A DNA stretch of 64,000 nt from Gekko japonicus. Taxonomy: Eukaryota. The stretch spans positions 194,178 through 258,177 of the forward strand of contig NW_015170319.1 in the NCBI RefSeq assembly GCF_001447785.1, in the 5' to 3' direction. The first letter of the stretch is position 1, and every line of letters starts with the position of its first letter. The notes beneath the pieces were generated by a model that ran no database searches, had not been told where the DNA came from, and was given only the letters and a program-made list of their open reading frames with translations. Below, piece after piece: positions 63,386 to 64,000 of this stretch. The position numbers and the translations under genes are program-made.

Positions 63386-64000
63386 ATTCACCCAGGCTGG
63401 CTGTGGGCACGCCAGCACCTCTGTCAGGCAGAAGCGCCTGAGATCCCCCCCTCCCCTTTTCCTTCGCCTGACTTGGAGGCGAAGGGAAGGGAGAGGGGGG
63501 AAAGAATGGATCCCAGGTGCTTCTGCCTGTCAGAGGGGCTGGTGCACACTTCCAGTGATGTCAGGGGGTGTGGCATATGCTAATAAGTTATGCTAATGAA
63601 CTCCTGCAGCTCTTTTTCTATGAAATGACCCCTGATCAAAGTCATTGTACCAAAATACAAAAGGCATACCTTTATACTGAATTAATAAAGAACGGATCTT
63701 TATAAATGTTGTTGCTTTCTTTAATAGAACTTATGGATATATTTCTATTTTGCCTCAAGTTAGTTATAAATTAAAACTGAATATAAAAGTACTCTTGTAA
63801 ATGGATTAAAACATTAAGACATACCTCTAAAATTCGGAGGTATGTTCCAAACGTTTTGGAAAATCCAAGATTTCTTCCATATTCATATTTTCTAAATCAT
63901 TAATTCTATCCTTGTGAACTTTAGTCAAATCATTTGAAGAATAACCTGAAACTTCAGGAGGCTGAGTGAAAAAAGTAAACGGTCTGGGAATTCATTTAGC

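Noticed and set aside
38000-64000. Expected neighbouring ADAMTS5 exons upstream of ADAMTS1
   Set aside because: I found no TSR, spacer or metalloprotease-like peptide in this interval, so the gene, if syntenic, lies beyond the window.

Overview
Vertebrate genomic DNA, most likely from a squamate and probably a gecko; this is inferred from the CR1, L2, BovB, RTE-X, Penelope and Squam3-like SINE repeats. There is one protein-coding gene: a complete 9-exon ADAMTS1 on the minus strand (CDS 37235->24779, 928 aa by my exon assembly, all introns GT-AG with consistent phases). It has a CpG-island promoter at about 36.5-37.8 kb and a 3' UTR ending near 23.4-23.5 kb. The rest is intergenic or intronic and rich in transposable elements. 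These include a decayed endogenous retrovirus env with alpharetrovirus (ASLV)-like architecture plus its 3' LTR, a probable solo LTR, an inverted CR1 pair around an assembly gap, a TSD-bounded RTE-X LINE, an ORF1-only L1 derivative, many hAT and Harbinger-like MITEs, and Penelope-derived minimal hammerhead ribozyme motifs. The most striking structure is an apparently perfect, spacer-less 856-bp palindrome (12727-13582), which may be an assembly artefact. There are four N gaps. I found no CRISPR arrays, rRNA genes or tRNA genes, and I cannot support a wholly new biological system from sequence alone.
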